Assembly (NCBI GenBank): GCA_049599895.1
Contig: JBMYPC010000030.1
Location: forward strand, 1 to 26,859
Direction: 5' to 3'
DNA length: 26,859 bases
Source of the DNA: Bacteriovoracaceae bacterium
GTDB lineage: Bacteria; Bdellovibrionota; Bacteriovoracia; Bacteriovoracales; Bacteriovoracaceae
This document shows, piece after piece, positions 1-9,572 of the stretch. Positions within the stretch are counted from its first letter, which is position 1. Each line of letters begins with the position of its first letter. Position numbers and translations under genes: made by a program. Below the pieces are notes generated by a model. The model was not told the origin of the DNA. It worked only from the letters and a program-made list of their open reading frames with translations, and did no database searches.

Positions 1-330
1 CTACAAAATATCCGAAGTCTGAATCTGAAGAAATTAGCACCTAATGTTTGGGCCATGCTTTATGACAAAAAGAACTACACTCAAGGAAAAAACAAGAAAA
101 AGAAAAGAACCAAGCTTATCTCTGATGTCATTGAAACAATTGGTCACTTAAGATTTGAAAAAGCCAAAGCTCCACTTCTTAAAATGGTCCAAAAGAAAAA
201 ATACGACGACATTTTTCCTGAAATCAATTCATGTCTTGAAAGAATCTTTGAAAAAGAATCACCTGATGGCAATAAAAACGTTAAAAGACGTTTTTGGTCT
301 CGAGTTGCAATCAACAATACAACAATTTAA
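1..330 (+). CDS. Hypothetical protein, 5'-truncated; possibly HEAT-repeat-like
   Basis: Frame 1 is open from position 1 to the TAA at 328-330. The segment ISDVIETIGHLRFEKAKAPLLKM resembles a HEAT-like helix pair. Confidence 0.6.
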   Translation, partial: LQNIRSLNLKKLAPNVWAMLYDKKNYTQGKNKKKKRTKLISDVIETIGHLRFEKAKAPLLKMVQKKKYDDIFPEINSCLERIFEKESPDGNKNVKRRFWSRVAINNTTI

Positions 331-336
331 TTTCTA

Positions 337-861
337 CTAGAACGAGGCTTCAAGTTCTTTGTTCTTGGCATCTTCAATGGCCTTGAGTTTGTCTTCTACG
401 GCAAGGACTCGATCAATTCGGTAGAGAAGTGATTTTTCAAGAATTCCATCTGAACGGATAACTTTCATTCCTTGAAGGAAGTCTTGTTCTACTAATTGTC
501 TTTTAAAGATTGTGACTTTTGTGACTTCTTTATTGCCTCGAAAGCCTTTAACGATATTAAAGACAAGCTTAAACTTTGCGGCCTTGACTGAATCTTTACC
601 ACCAAATGAATCAGCGAAATTCACTTCTAGGGTATTATCTTGCCAACGAGTCTTAATGACTCCTGCCTCTTGATTTTGGATGGCGAGATCAAATCTTTGG
701 ACGACTTTAGAGATCGCTTGCCAGGTCTTGGCGTAGCTGTGTCTGTAGACCTGAGAGGGAATTTCAAACTCTTCAGTGATATAGGCATATTCTTTATATG
801 ACGCACATGAGCTAATGATTAAGATTATTCCCAAAAAGAAAGACAAGTTGATAAACTTCAT
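337..861 (-). CDS. Putative outer-membrane lipoprotein, BamC/NlpB-like domain
   Basis: Lipoprotein signal peptide (IISSC), followed by a SYAKTWQAI...NQEAGVIKTRW segment typical of BamC-like helix-grip domains. Confidence 0.6.
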   Translation of the reverse strand: MKFINLSFFLGIILIISSCASYKEYAYITEEFEIPSQVYRHSYAKTWQAISKVVQRFDLAIQNQEAGVIKTRWQDNTLEVNFADSFGGKDSVKAAKFKLVFNIVKGFRGNKEVTKVTIFKRQLVEQDFLQGMKVIRSDGILEKSLLYRIDRVLAVEDKLKAIEDAKNKELEASF

Positions 862-916
862 AATAGATATATTCTATACTAGATCTGGTTTAAATAGCCA
901 GTTTTACACATTAAAG

Positions 917-970
917 CCGTGCGCTGACGCTTACTAGTTGTCTGCGACGCCTGAAAACTACGTTTTCAGT
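917..970. repeat. Dispersed intergenic repeat type 1, copy A (diverged)
   Basis: ccgtgcgctgacgcttactagttgtctgcgacgcctgaaaactacgttttcagt aligns with 21544-21600 and 23540-23596. It ends in the ctgaaaac/gttttcag hairpin, with a loop 3 nt shorter than in the other copies. Confidence 0.9.
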
Positions 971-1028
971 GTAACTTAAAATACTGATGTGACCAAAACT
1001 CTAGAGATGTGGCAAAAGGCGCAGTAAA

Positions 1029-2033
1029 GTGAATGAAAACAATAACTTCGAAGATTACTTAACGGTTTTTAAAGACTGTCTGGAGAGTGAGGCCAATGCT
1101 CTTCTAGCGGCTAAAGATCGCCTGAAGCCTGAGACGATTAAAGAGCTTACTAAACTTTTTCAATATCATTTAGGCTCAGGAGCGACACTTTTTATCTCTG
1201 GGATAGGAAAATCGGGAGATGTTGGAAAAAAGATCGCCTCAACTTTTAGGTCACTAGGTCTTAAGTCTGTTTTTCTTCATCCTGTTGAGGCCCTTCACGG
1301 TGACCTTGGACTTTTCACTGATAACGATTCAATGGTCTATATTAGTAAGTCGGGAACAGCTGAAGAGCTCTTAAAGCTTGATACCTATTTAAATATTCCT
1401 AAGAATCGAAAGATTTCAATGACGGCCAATTTAAATTCTCCTCTCGCTCAAAAATCTGGGATCGTTATGGATTGTGCTATTGAGCGTGAAGCTTGTCTTA
1501 ACAATCAAGCTCCTACCACTAGTACAACTTTGACTCTTGCCATGGGAGACGCCATGGCCGTTCTTTTTGAGAAAGTTTCAAACCTTAGTAAAGAGGAATT
1601 TGCTGTTAATCATCCAAGTGGAATTCTTGGTAAGGCCTTAAGAGTTAAAGTTGAAAATATTTATTGGAAACTTGAAGATTGTCCTGTCGTTGGAAGTGAT
1701 GCCAATCTTTCAGATGTACTTCTTAAGATGACGAATAAAAACCTCGGTGGCTGTGCCATTGTTGAAGAGAAAAAACTCAAAGGACTAATTGTTGAAGGTG
1801 ATATTCGAAGAAGCCTTAATAAAACTAAAAGCCTAGAAGTTTCAGTCTCTGATGTCATGACGAAAAATCCTGTGACCATTACACCGGATGAACTTGCTTC
1901 CACAGCACTTGATCTTATGGAGAACCGAGAGAATCAGATTGCGATTCTTCCTGTTGTTGATAAGGACTCAAACTTTTTAGGCTTTATACGGATCCATGAT
2001 CTTTTGAAGGAAGGCTTTTCTTTAAAGAGCTAA
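1029..2033 (+). CDS. kdsD: KpsF/GutQ family arabinose-5-phosphate isomerase (SIS + 2 CBS domains)
   Basis: Motifs GIGKSG, HPVEALHGDLG, APTTSTT and HPSG; C-terminal CBS pair; GTG start. Confidence 0.93.
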   Translation: MNENNNFEDYLTVFKDCLESEANALLAAKDRLKPETIKELTKLFQYHLGSGATLFISGIGKSGDVGKKIASTFRSLGLKSVFLHPVEALHGDLGLFTDNDSMVYISKSGTAEELLKLDTYLNIPKNRKISMTANLNSPLAQKSGIVMDCAIEREACLNNQAPTTSTTLTLAMGDAMAVLFEKVSNLSKEEFAVNHPSGILGKALRVKVENIYWKLEDCPVVGSDANLSDVLLKMTNKNLGGCAIVEEKKLKGLIVEGDIRRSLNKTKSLEVSVSDVMTKNPVTITPDELASTALDLMENRENQIAILPVVDKDSNFLGFIRIHDLLKEGFSLKS

Positions 2034-3612
2034 ACTTTAAACGAAAGATAATCCCAACGATTGCTAAGAGAAAAAGAATTAAAAGACCATGTCTTTGATA
2101 GATCGTTGCATCGGGGTTTTCTTTTGTATAAAGAGGAAGGTCGATTGTCTTTTTTGTAAAGACTTTACTTCTTTCACTCTCACTTCCATCCGGATAAAGG
2201 ATTGAAGAAATTCCTGTATTTGTCATTCGAATGATAGGGACTTGAAATTCAAGTGCTCGCCATTTTGCAAGAAATAAATGTTGAAGTGGCTCACTTGTAT
2301 CATCGTACCAAGAATCATTGGTCACATTGATCATAAAATGTGGAGTTTCTGAGATCGAGTTGTAATACGATCTGATAAAGCGGGTGAAGAGGACTTCATA
2401 ACAGATGGCAGAGATAAACTTGAGATCAGTTGAAGTGGTGAATGTGGGAAACCTTTCACCCTGAGCAAAGAAGGAAATATTATCAATGAACTTTCCAATT
2501 GTCGGGTTCAAAGGACCAAAAGGAAGGCCTTCACCAAAGGGAATGAGTTTTCTTTTATGGTAGACCTCTTGAAAGTTTCCATCTTTAGTAAAAAAGAACC
2601 CTGCGTTGTACTCCGCTTGAAACCAACGGCTCCGTGCCTTATTTGAAGAGTCATACCCGCCAAAGTAAAGGTCAGCATCAGCAAGGGTTGGAACATCTCG
2701 AAAGAGTTTGGGAGTAAGCTCTGGGTATTTAGAGAGAACGTGCGAAGTGAGTTGATTGGGATAAGCTGTTTCTGGCCAAATGATAAGATCAATTGGTTCA
2801 TTGGGACTGACAAGGGACATTTGTTTATAAGTATCGATTACGTACTGAGTGGCATTCCCAATTTTTTTCTCAGAATCAAGTTTCATCATATTTCCGATAT
2901 TGGCCTGAACCATTCGAATATTGATGGAATTTGATTGTTTGTCCCAGCTCAGAGGTGTTGCGAGATTTAAAGCGAGAAAGATGACAATGATAGAGCTTTC
3001 AAGCTTAAGAACTCTTTTTTGCTTGATGAAAAAGAGAACTGTGAAGATAAGAAGATAGCTTATAAATGAAAACCCTGGTGAACCTACTATTGGAGCAAGA
3101 CCGATATAAGGTGCGAGCTGCAACCACGGATGTCCTAAGTGAGCAGGAAATTGTTGGGGAATATAAAGCTCAAGAAGAGTGAGAACAAGTGAAAGAAAAA
3201 GCGGCTCTTTCATCAGATAAAAAGCTTTGGTTTCACGAAAAGGAATTCTTTTTACATATTGGCCAAGAAGTAAAAAAAACAAATGCTGAGGAAGAACGAT
3301 TAAAGCAAATAGTCCACCAAGGAGAAAGCTAACAATGAGAGGGAGTTCTCCAAAAACATGAAGGGTTCTTGGTATCCAATAAAATCCTGTGAATGTGAGA
3401 CCCAGAGAATAGAAAAAGAGATAGCGATACTTTCGCCAAAAGTTTGAACTTGGATCTTTTTGAACATAGGCAAAATAAAAGAAGAGACCTGTTCCAATAG
3501 TTGGAAACAAAAAGAACTGAGGCATCGACTTTGAAGGAAATCCTAAGGCATAAAAAACACCACCAAGGAGACATAAAAGATAGGGGGGAATAGAGCTTGC
3601 CTTAAATGACAT
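1984..3612 (-). CDS. lnt: Apolipoprotein N-acyltransferase
   Basis: Multi-TM N-terminus; nitrilase-fold motifs QANI, WPETA, YHKRKLIPFGE, ICYE and NVTNDSWY. Confidence 0.95.
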   Translation of the reverse strand: MSFKASSIPPYLLCLLGGVFYALGFPSKSMPQFFLFPTIGTGLFFYFAYVQKDPSSNFWRKYRYLFFYSLGLTFTGFYWIPRTLHVFGELPLIVSFLLGGLFALIVLPQHLFFLLLGQYVKRIPFRETKAFYLMKEPLFLSLVLTLLELYIPQQFPAHLGHPWLQLAPYIGLAPIVGSPGFSFISYLLIFTVLFFIKQKRVLKLESSIIVIFLALNLATPLSWDKQSNSINIRMVQANIGNMMKLDSEKKIGNATQYVIDTYKQMSLVSPNEPIDLIIWPETAYPNQLTSHVLSKYPELTPKLFRDVPTLADADLYFGGYDSSNKARSRWFQAEYNAGFFFTKDGNFQEVYHKRKLIPFGEGLPFGPLNPTIGKFIDNISFFAQGERFPTFTTSTDLKFISAICYEVLFTRFIRSYYNSISETPHFMINVTNDSWYDDTSEPLQHLFLAKWRALEFQVPIIRMTNTGISSILYPDGSESERSKVFTKKTIDLPLYTKENPDATIYQRHGLLILFLLAIVGIIFRLKFSSLKKSLPSKDHGSV

Positions 3613-3711
3613 GATGGTCCAGATTAAAGGTTGATTTCACCCTTAATAATGCCATTAATCACTTAAGTTCAACAACAATAATTACTGCTATTTCTTGGTT
3701 AGGGACTTTGA

Positions 3712-4842
3712 TTAAAGCCTATAGATAATTCGACCCATTTTCTTAGGTTTCGTATTTTTTGAAGCAGTCTTACGATGATGCTTCTTCACTTTAGCTGACT
3801 TTCTTTTCGCAAGCTTTGAGGTTTCTTTGGACTTCAGTTGTCCCTTAACTTTTGAAGCGACTTCGAGAGCTTTGTGAGCATCAATTCTTCCCGAGCTCAC
3901 GGAAACAGTCTTAAGTGTTTTCTCTTTCTTTGCAGTTTGAATAATAATATTTTTAATTGAAAGAGGATTAAGCTTTGGGTTGGTTGCCATCATTAGTGCT
4001 GCAACTCCAGAAACAAAAGCCGTTGCTTGACTTGTTCCACTTAAATAACCAAATCTTCCCATTGGAATACTTGAAAGGATTCTATGTCCAGGAGCTGCGA
4101 TATGAACAGATCGTTGTCCCCAGTTTGAGCTTCGAAGAGGAATTAAATTTTGGTCATGGGCCGTAACGTTAATGATATTTGAAAGATTATAGCTCGCTGG
4201 AAAGTAAGCATTTTGAGGATTGTCGATATCACTTCTATTGTTACCAGCGGCAGCGACAATTAAAATTCCTTTTCTTTCAGCTTCTTTTAAAAGCTCATAC
4301 TCAACTCGTGAAGACTCTGGTCCACCACCAGAGTAGTTGATGATATCAACATTCTGATCAATGGCGTACTTAAGAGCTTTAAGAGTTGAATTGAGATTGT
4401 CGTATCCTGAAGCTTGTGGATTGTAATATTTAAGTGTGAGAAGTTTTACATCTGGAAAAACACTTTTAATAATTCCTGAGATGTGGGTTCCATGTCCATT
4501 TTGATCAAATGGAGTCCACTTATCATCATGATTTTTTGAAAAGTCGACACCAAAAGAAAATGAAGTTGGTTTACGAGTCGGGAATTTTCTAAAAAGGTTT
4601 TTTGAAATGAGTGGGTGATGCGGATCAACTCCTGTATCAATAACGGCAACAAGAATATCTTTTTTCTTCTTAAAAATCTTCCAAGCTTGTTGAACATTAA
4701 TAGAAGCAGAAGATTCTTCTTTTACTCCCCAAGAAGTATAAGGAGAAGCTGCCACTTTACTATACTTTTTAAGCATTTCACCTGCATGAGCGGAACTTAA
4801 AGTTAATGAAAGCGCGATGAAGGTAATAATTTTTGATAACAC
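3712..4842 (-). CDS. Secreted S8 subtilisin-like serine protease
   Basis: Catalytic triad VIDTG / GHGTH / SGTSQA and oxyanion motif AAAGN. Signal peptide ends AHA. The GTG start at 4842 follows an AGGAG RBS (the ORF track starts at 4863). Confidence 0.92.
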   Translation of the reverse strand: MLSKIITFIALSLTLSSAHAGEMLKKYSKVAASPYTSWGVKEESSASINVQQAWKIFKKKKDILVAVIDTGVDPHHPLISKNLFRKFPTRKPTSFSFGVDFSKNHDDKWTPFDQNGHGTHISGIIKSVFPDVKLLTLKYYNPQASGYDNLNSTLKALKYAIDQNVDIINYSGGGPESSRVEYELLKEAERKGILIVAAAGNNRSDIDNPQNAYFPASYNLSNIINVTAHDQNLIPLRSSNWGQRSVHIAAPGHRILSSIPMGRFGYLSGTSQATAFVSGVAALMMATNPKLNPLSIKNIIIQTAKKEKTLKTVSVSSGRIDAHKALEVASKVKGQLKSKETSKLAKRKSAKVKKHHRKTASKNTKPKKMGRIIYRL

Positions 4843-4880
4843 CGTAACTCCTAAGGGTTTCAATTAGCTACGCTTTAAAG

Positions 4881-4896
4881 AGCAAGGGTTATGCCA
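4881..4896 (-). promoter_or_regulatory. Candidate sigma54 (-24/-12) promoter of the subtilase
   Basis: Minus strand reads TGGCATAACCCTTGCT, which has GG-N10-GC spacing and matches the TGGCAC-N5-TTGCW consensus. Confidence 0.7.
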
Positions 4897-4982
4897 CTTT
4901 AAACGAAGTGAAAACAGTGGGTTAGGGAGGTGTGGAGCAGTTTGTGTGTTTGTGATACAGCAAGGTGTTTAAATTTTAGTCA

Positions 4983-5268
4983 CCGCTCCTGCGGCAAAAG
5001 TGCCCAGTGGGCAGTTTTGAAGCACGAGCGGATAGATGCATTGAGGAAACGTCAGTGCCCGAAAGGCATCGCAATGGGCAAAGCCCATCAATCAACTACG
5101 AATCAAATATGAAGTTTCTTAAGCCACCCAGTGGGCAGTTTTGAAGCACGAGCGGATAGATGCATTGAGGAAACGTCAGTGCCCGAAAGGCATCGCAATG
5201 GGCAAAGCCCATCAATCAACTACGAATCAAATATGAAGTTTCTTAAGCCACCCAGTGGGCAGTTTTGA
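4983..5268. repeat. Repeat type 2: long imperfect hairpin (4983-5031) overlapping a perfect 124-bp tandem duplication (5003-5126, 5127-5250, partial 5251-5268)
   Basis: The two 124-bp units are identical base for base. Each contains a 50-bp segment that is 46/50 identical to the reverse complement of 26030-26079. Confidence 0.95.
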
Positions 5269-5286
5269 TGAAGTGCAAGTTGGGCT

Positions 5287-6315
5287 TTACTGTTTGAGAT
5301 CTCGCCAACTCTTCCCTTTTCTATTCCTTCGATTAAGCTGCCAAGTTTCCACTGCTTTTTTGTGTTCTTTATAGGTTCTTGAAAAAACATGAGTCCCATC
5401 ATTTTGACTTACAAAATAAAGGTAATCATGAGTCGCCGGATTGAGGACTGCCTTGATTGCATCGAGTCCAGGGTTTGAGATTGGGCCAACGGGAAGTGCT
5501 GGGATTTTGTAGGTATTATAGGGAGTCTTTTCGAGCAAGTGTTTTTTTCGAAGGTTTCCATTCCAGCTCTCCCAGATTCCATAAATTGTTGTTGGGTCAG
5601 ATTGAAGTCTCATTCGTTTTCTAAGACGATTATGAAAAACGCCTGCAATCACAGGTCTTTCATGTTTGGCCCCAGTTTCTTTTTCAACAATTGAAGCAAG
5701 GATCACAATTTCTCTTTTATCTAAGTTTTCTGTTTGAAGATTGAGAGCTTTGGTTTGAGTTTTAAAGTTTCTGACCATGATTTTTATGACTTCTTGAGAG
5801 GCGAGATCCTCAGATAAAAAATAAGTGTCGGGATAAAGATAACCTTCGAAGCGTTCTCCTGGTATTTCAAGTTGGTTTAATAAGTTTTTATTTTTGGCTT
5901 CTCTTATAAAGTCTTTGGCTTTGGTTATTTTTTTATCTTCTAAAATTTTTGCAATCTCATAAAGGTTTTTTCCTTCAGGAATTGTCACGCTGGTTTGGAT
6001 TGATTGTCCGTTTTGAAGAAGATCAATAAGCTGAAGCATGTTGATTTGACTTGGGATTTCATATTTTCCGATTTTAAAATTCTTCATGATGCCCTGGATT
6101 TGGCAGTAGCGATGAAAAAGCTTTTTTGAAAAAATAAGATCACTTTCACCAAGACGATGATTGATCTTTCCAAAGGTTTCGCCTGACTTAATTTCAAAAA
6201 CTGTTTTGGGGCCATCGTATTTCCAAAGGTTCAATCCGTAATAGATTTGAAGAGATCCCATTAAGATCCCCATTAAAGGAGCGGCAATTAAAAAGACCCA
6301 CCAATACCGTTTCAT
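5287..6315 (-). CDS. mltG: Endolytic transglycosylase MltG
   Basis: Motifs TIPEG, EGYLYPDTY, LASIVEKE, RLQSDPT, YNTY, GPISNPG and YLYFV. Likely start is MKRYWW, before the N-terminal TM helix. Confidence 0.95.
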   Translation of the reverse strand: MKRYWWVFLIAAPLMGILMGSLQIYYGLNLWKYDGPKTVFEIKSGETFGKINHRLGESDLIFSKKLFHRYCQIQGIMKNFKIGKYEIPSQINMLQLIDLLQNGQSIQTSVTIPEGKNLYEIAKILEDKKITKAKDFIREAKNKNLLNQLEIPGERFEGYLYPDTYFLSEDLASQEVIKIMVRNFKTQTKALNLQTENLDKREIVILASIVEKETGAKHERPVIAGVFHNRLRKRMRLQSDPTTIYGIWESWNGNLRKKHLLEKTPYNTYKIPALPVGPISNPGLDAIKAVLNPATHDYLYFVSQNDGTHVFSRTYKEHKKAVETWQLNRRNRKGKSWRDLKQ

Positions 6316-6391
6316 ATTCTTAACCTCAAAAAATTTTTGTATAAGAAATAGTCTAATCGATGAGATCAAAGATTCAAAGACTAGAAGAGTC

Positions 6392-6886
6392 TTATTTCTT
6401 AGGCATTTCTTTAAAGTTTTGGGCAAGAAAATCTTCAAGGATGACACAGGCAGCGACTGAGTCTAAGTAACCAGGCTCTTTGGAACGAGAATGTCCCTCT
6501 CCCATGGCCTTGATCCTGTCTCCCGCTTCAAATGAGCTTAAATACTCATCTTGAAAGAAAAACTCGCATTCAGGATGCTTGGCCTTAAGTTCGTTCTCAA
6601 ACTTACGAACTTGAGAAGTGATCTTGGAGTCAGATCCATCTTTATGTTTAGGTAGTCCGATTATAATGACTTCGATATTTTCATTATCAATGTGACTCTT
6701 AAGGAATTGAAAGAGGTCTTTTGGACTCTTATAAAAACACGTTTCAAGTGGAGTTGGGTAAGGATCAAATCCTAATCTAAAGCTTGCGGTTCCTGCTTTT
6801 TTCTGTCCAAAATCAATAGCAAGAAAGGACATTCCTTCGTATTTTTCGATACTTAGGAGTTGTGTTTTTAAAGGTTCATTGGTCAT
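6392..6886 (-). CDS. ruvX: YqgF/RuvX family RNase H-fold nuclease
   Basis: Motifs LAIDFG, IIGLP, QDEYLSSFEA and DSVAACVIL; conserved adjacency to mltG. Confidence 0.9.
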   Translation of the reverse strand: MTNEPLKTQLLSIEKYEGMSFLAIDFGQKKAGTASFRLGFDPYPTPLETCFYKSPKDLFQFLKSHIDNENIEVIIIGLPKHKDGSDSKITSQVRKFENELKAKHPECEFFFQDEYLSSFEAGDRIKAMGEGHSRSKEPGYLDSVAACVILEDFLAQNFKEMPKK

Positions 6887-6996
6887 TGAGATATACGCTT
6901 CCTTTCTTCATAGATATATCCTAAAAACGCTCTAAATATCCAGTATTCAAAGGAAATTTAAGTTATAGAGCAAAGCCCAAAAACTCTTGTTTAAGG

Positions 6997-7025
6997 TTGA
7001 CAATAGCTCAAACCCATAAGATATT
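6997..7025 (+). promoter_or_regulatory. Candidate sigma70 promoter for the rho operon
   Basis: TTGACA-N17-GATATT, about 210 bp upstream of the rho ATG. The -10 element is imperfect. Confidence 0.45.
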
Positions 7026-7233
7026 TATCTTGTTTCAAACAAAATTCCTTATCTTTCAAGAGAACTCCCATAACATCGCGACTTGGACCAGCTGAACTTG
7101 ATTGATTAACGAAACAAAAAAGTATTTACGAAACTGGTAATAATCAACGCAAAAATCAATGCAGATCAAAAACTATAAAACGATCATTCTATAGGTATTT
7201 AATTTTTCAGATTGAGAACAGGAGAAAAAGCAC

Positions 7234-8481
7234 ATGCATCTCAATGAACTAAGAGAAAAAGACATCAACGAACTTAACAAAATGGCTTCAGACATGAAGA
7301 TCGATAACCCTGGTGGTATGAAACGCCACGAAGTTATCTTTGCCATTTTAAAAACTCATGCCCAAAACAATGAAGAAATTCATGGTGGTGGTGTTCTTGA
7401 AATTCTTCCAGATGGTTTTGGTTTTTTAAGATCTCCTGGTTATAACTACCTTCCTGGTGCCGATGATATTTACGTAAGTCCAAGTCAAATTAGAAGATTT
7501 GGTCTTAGAAAAGGTGATACTTGTGACGGTCAAATCAGACCTCCTAAAGACGGTGAAAGATACTTTGCTCTTTTAAAAGTAAATACAATCAACAATAAAT
7601 CACCTGAAGATCATAAAAAGACTGTTCTTTTTGATAACTTAACTCCTCTTTATCCTGACACTAAAATCAACATGGAGTTTCACCCAACAAATTATTCAAC
7701 TCGATTAATTGATATGTTTGTTCCTCAAGGTTTTGGACAAAGATGTCTCATCGTTGCTCCTCCAAAAGCTGGTAAAACCATGCTTTTACAAGATGTTGCT
7801 AACGCGATTTCTGCAAACCACCCAAAAGCTTGTTTAATTGTTCTTCTTATTGATGAAAGACCAGAAGAAGTTACCGATATGAAACGTTCAGTTCAGGCTG
7901 AAGTTGTTTCTTCAACTTTTGATGAGCCAGCAAACAGACACGTACAGGTTGCTGAGATGGTTCTTGAAAAGGCAAAGCGTCTGACTGAAGCGGGAGAAGA
8001 TGTTGTCATTCTTCTTGATTCAATTACAAGACTTGCTCGTGCTTATAACACTGTTGTTCCTCCTTCAGGGAAAATCCTTTCTGGTGGTGTTGATTCAAAT
8101 GCTCTTCACAGACCAAAGAGATTCTTTGGAGCGGCAAGAAATATTGAAGGTGGTGGTTCACTTACCATTATCGCAACATCTCTTATTGATACTGGTTCAA
8201 GAATGGATGAAGTTATCTTTGAAGAATTTAAAGGCACTGGTAACAGTGAAATTCAACTCGATAGAAAACTTCTTGAGAAAAGAATCTTTCCAGCACTTGA
8301 TATCAATAAGTCTTCAACTCGTAAGGAAGAGCTTCTTATGGATAAAAATGATCTGCAAAGGATCTTCCTTCTTAGAAAAGTTCTTCATCCAATGTCGACT
8401 ATTGATGCGATGGAGTTCATGCTAAGTCGAGTGACAAAAACCAAATCAAATACCGAATTTCTCGACAGCATGAACGGTTAA
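7234..8481 (+). CDS. rho: Transcription termination factor Rho
   Basis: Motifs [25 protein letters not shown], Walker [16 protein letters not shown] and [17 protein letters not shown]. Confidence 0.99.
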   Translation: MHLNELREKDINELNKMASDMKIDNPGGMKRHEVIFAILKTHAQNNEEIHGGGVLEILPDGFGFLRSPGYNYLPGADDIYVSPSQIRRFGLRKGDTCDGQIRPPKDGERYFALLKVNTINNKSPEDHKKTVLFDNLTPLYPDTKINMEFHPTNYSTRLIDMFVPQGFGQRCLIVAPPKAGKTMLLQDVANAISANHPKACLIVLLIDERPEEVTDMKRSVQAEVVSSTFDEPANRHVQVAEMVLEKAKRLTEAGEDVVILLDSITRLARAYNTVVPPSGKILSGGVDSNALHRPKRFFGAARNIEGGGSLTIIATSLIDTGSRMDEVIFEEFKGTGNSEIQLDRKLLEKRIFPALDINKSSTRKEELLMDKNDLQRIFLLRKVLHPMSTIDAMEFMLSRVTKTKSNTEFLDSMNG

Positions 8482-8495
8482 GAGAAGTCTAAATT

Positions 8496-9563
8496 ATGTT
8501 TGATAAACTTGAGTCTGTAGTCAATCGTTTTGAGGAGTTAACTGAAAAGTTAGCTGACCCGACGCTGTACGACCGACAAAAGGAATTCAGACAAATCTCT
8601 GAAGAGCGCGCAAATCTAGAAGAAGTTGTTGCTGCTTATAAAGTTTATAAAAAAACCAAAGAAGATATTGAAGGGGCCAAAGACATTCTGATGAATGAAA
8701 AGGACCCTGATCTTAGAGAAATGGCCAAAGAAGAGCTCAATGAAAATGAAGCTAAAATTGAGTCATTAGAAGCTGAGCTTAAAATCCTTCTTCTTCCGAA
8801 AGATCCTCTTGATAACAAAAACGTCATGATCGAAATCCGCGCAGGAGCCGGTGGTGACGAAGCTTCAATTTTCGTTGGGGATGTTCTTCGAATGTATAAG
8901 AACTATATCTCAAAGCTTGGCTGGAAAGATGAAATGGTTTCCATTAGTGAAAGTGATGAAGGGATTAAAGAGGTTATCTTTAGTGTCACGGGAGATAAGG
9001 TTTACTCAAGGTTTAAGTTTGAGTCAGGGGTTCACAGGGTTCAAAGAGTTCCAAAAACAGAAAGCCAGGGGCGAGTCCATACATCGACGATTACTGTTGC
9101 CATCATGCCTGAGGCTGATGAAGTTGATTTTCAACTTGATATGAACGACGTAAGAATTGATGTTTTTAGAGCTTCAGGAGCTGGTGGTCAGCACGTTAAC
9201 ACTACTGACTCTGCTGTAAGGGCCACCCATATTCCTACAGGTGTTTCTGTAGAGAACCAGGATCAAAAATCTCAGCTTAAAAACAAAGAGAAGGCCTTAA
9301 AGATTCTAAGAAATAGAATCTTTGATAAACTTGTTCAAGAGCAACAAGCAAAAGAGGCAGCGGAGAGAAAAGGTCAAGTCGGAACAGGTGATCGATCGGA
9401 GAGGATTAGAACTTATAATTATCCTCAAAGCCGAGTCACCGATCATCGTATTGGTCTTACTCTTTATTCTCTTGATAACGTTATTCAAGGTGATCTGGAT
9501 CAAGTTCTTGACCCACTTATTGCTCACAATCAAGCTGAACTTCTTAAAGGCCAGGAAGAATAG
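8496..9563 (+). CDS. prfA: Peptide chain release factor 1
   Basis: GGQ motif, RF1-type PKT tripeptide in GVHRVQRVPKTE, and RSERIRTYN. Confidence 0.98.
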   Translation: MFDKLESVVNRFEELTEKLADPTLYDRQKEFRQISEERANLEEVVAAYKVYKKTKEDIEGAKDILMNEKDPDLREMAKEELNENEAKIESLEAELKILLLPKDPLDNKNVMIEIRAGAGGDEASIFVGDVLRMYKNYISKLGWKDEMVSISESDEGIKEVIFSVTGDKVYSRFKFESGVHRVQRVPKTESQGRVHTSTITVAIMPEADEVDFQLDMNDVRIDVFRASGAGGQHVNTTDSAVRATHIPTGVSVENQDQKSQLKNKEKALKILRNRIFDKLVQEQQAKEAAERKGQVGTGDRSERIRTYNYPQSRVTDHRIGLTLYSLDNVIQGDLDQVLDPLIAHNQAELLKGQEE

Positions 9564-9572
9564 GTATTCCGT

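Noticed and set aside
4930..5112. 60-aa ORF, and the 73-aa ORF at 25931-26152, sharing RID.LRKRQCPK.IAM
   Set aside because: The shared peptide is simply the translated DNA repeat. Its substitutions are non-synonymous but preserve the stem, which points to nucleic-acid rather than protein constraint.
5003..5268. CRISPR array (three 18-bp repeats)
   Set aside because: The intervening 106-bp segments are identical and too long for spacers, and there are no cas genes; this is a tandem duplication.
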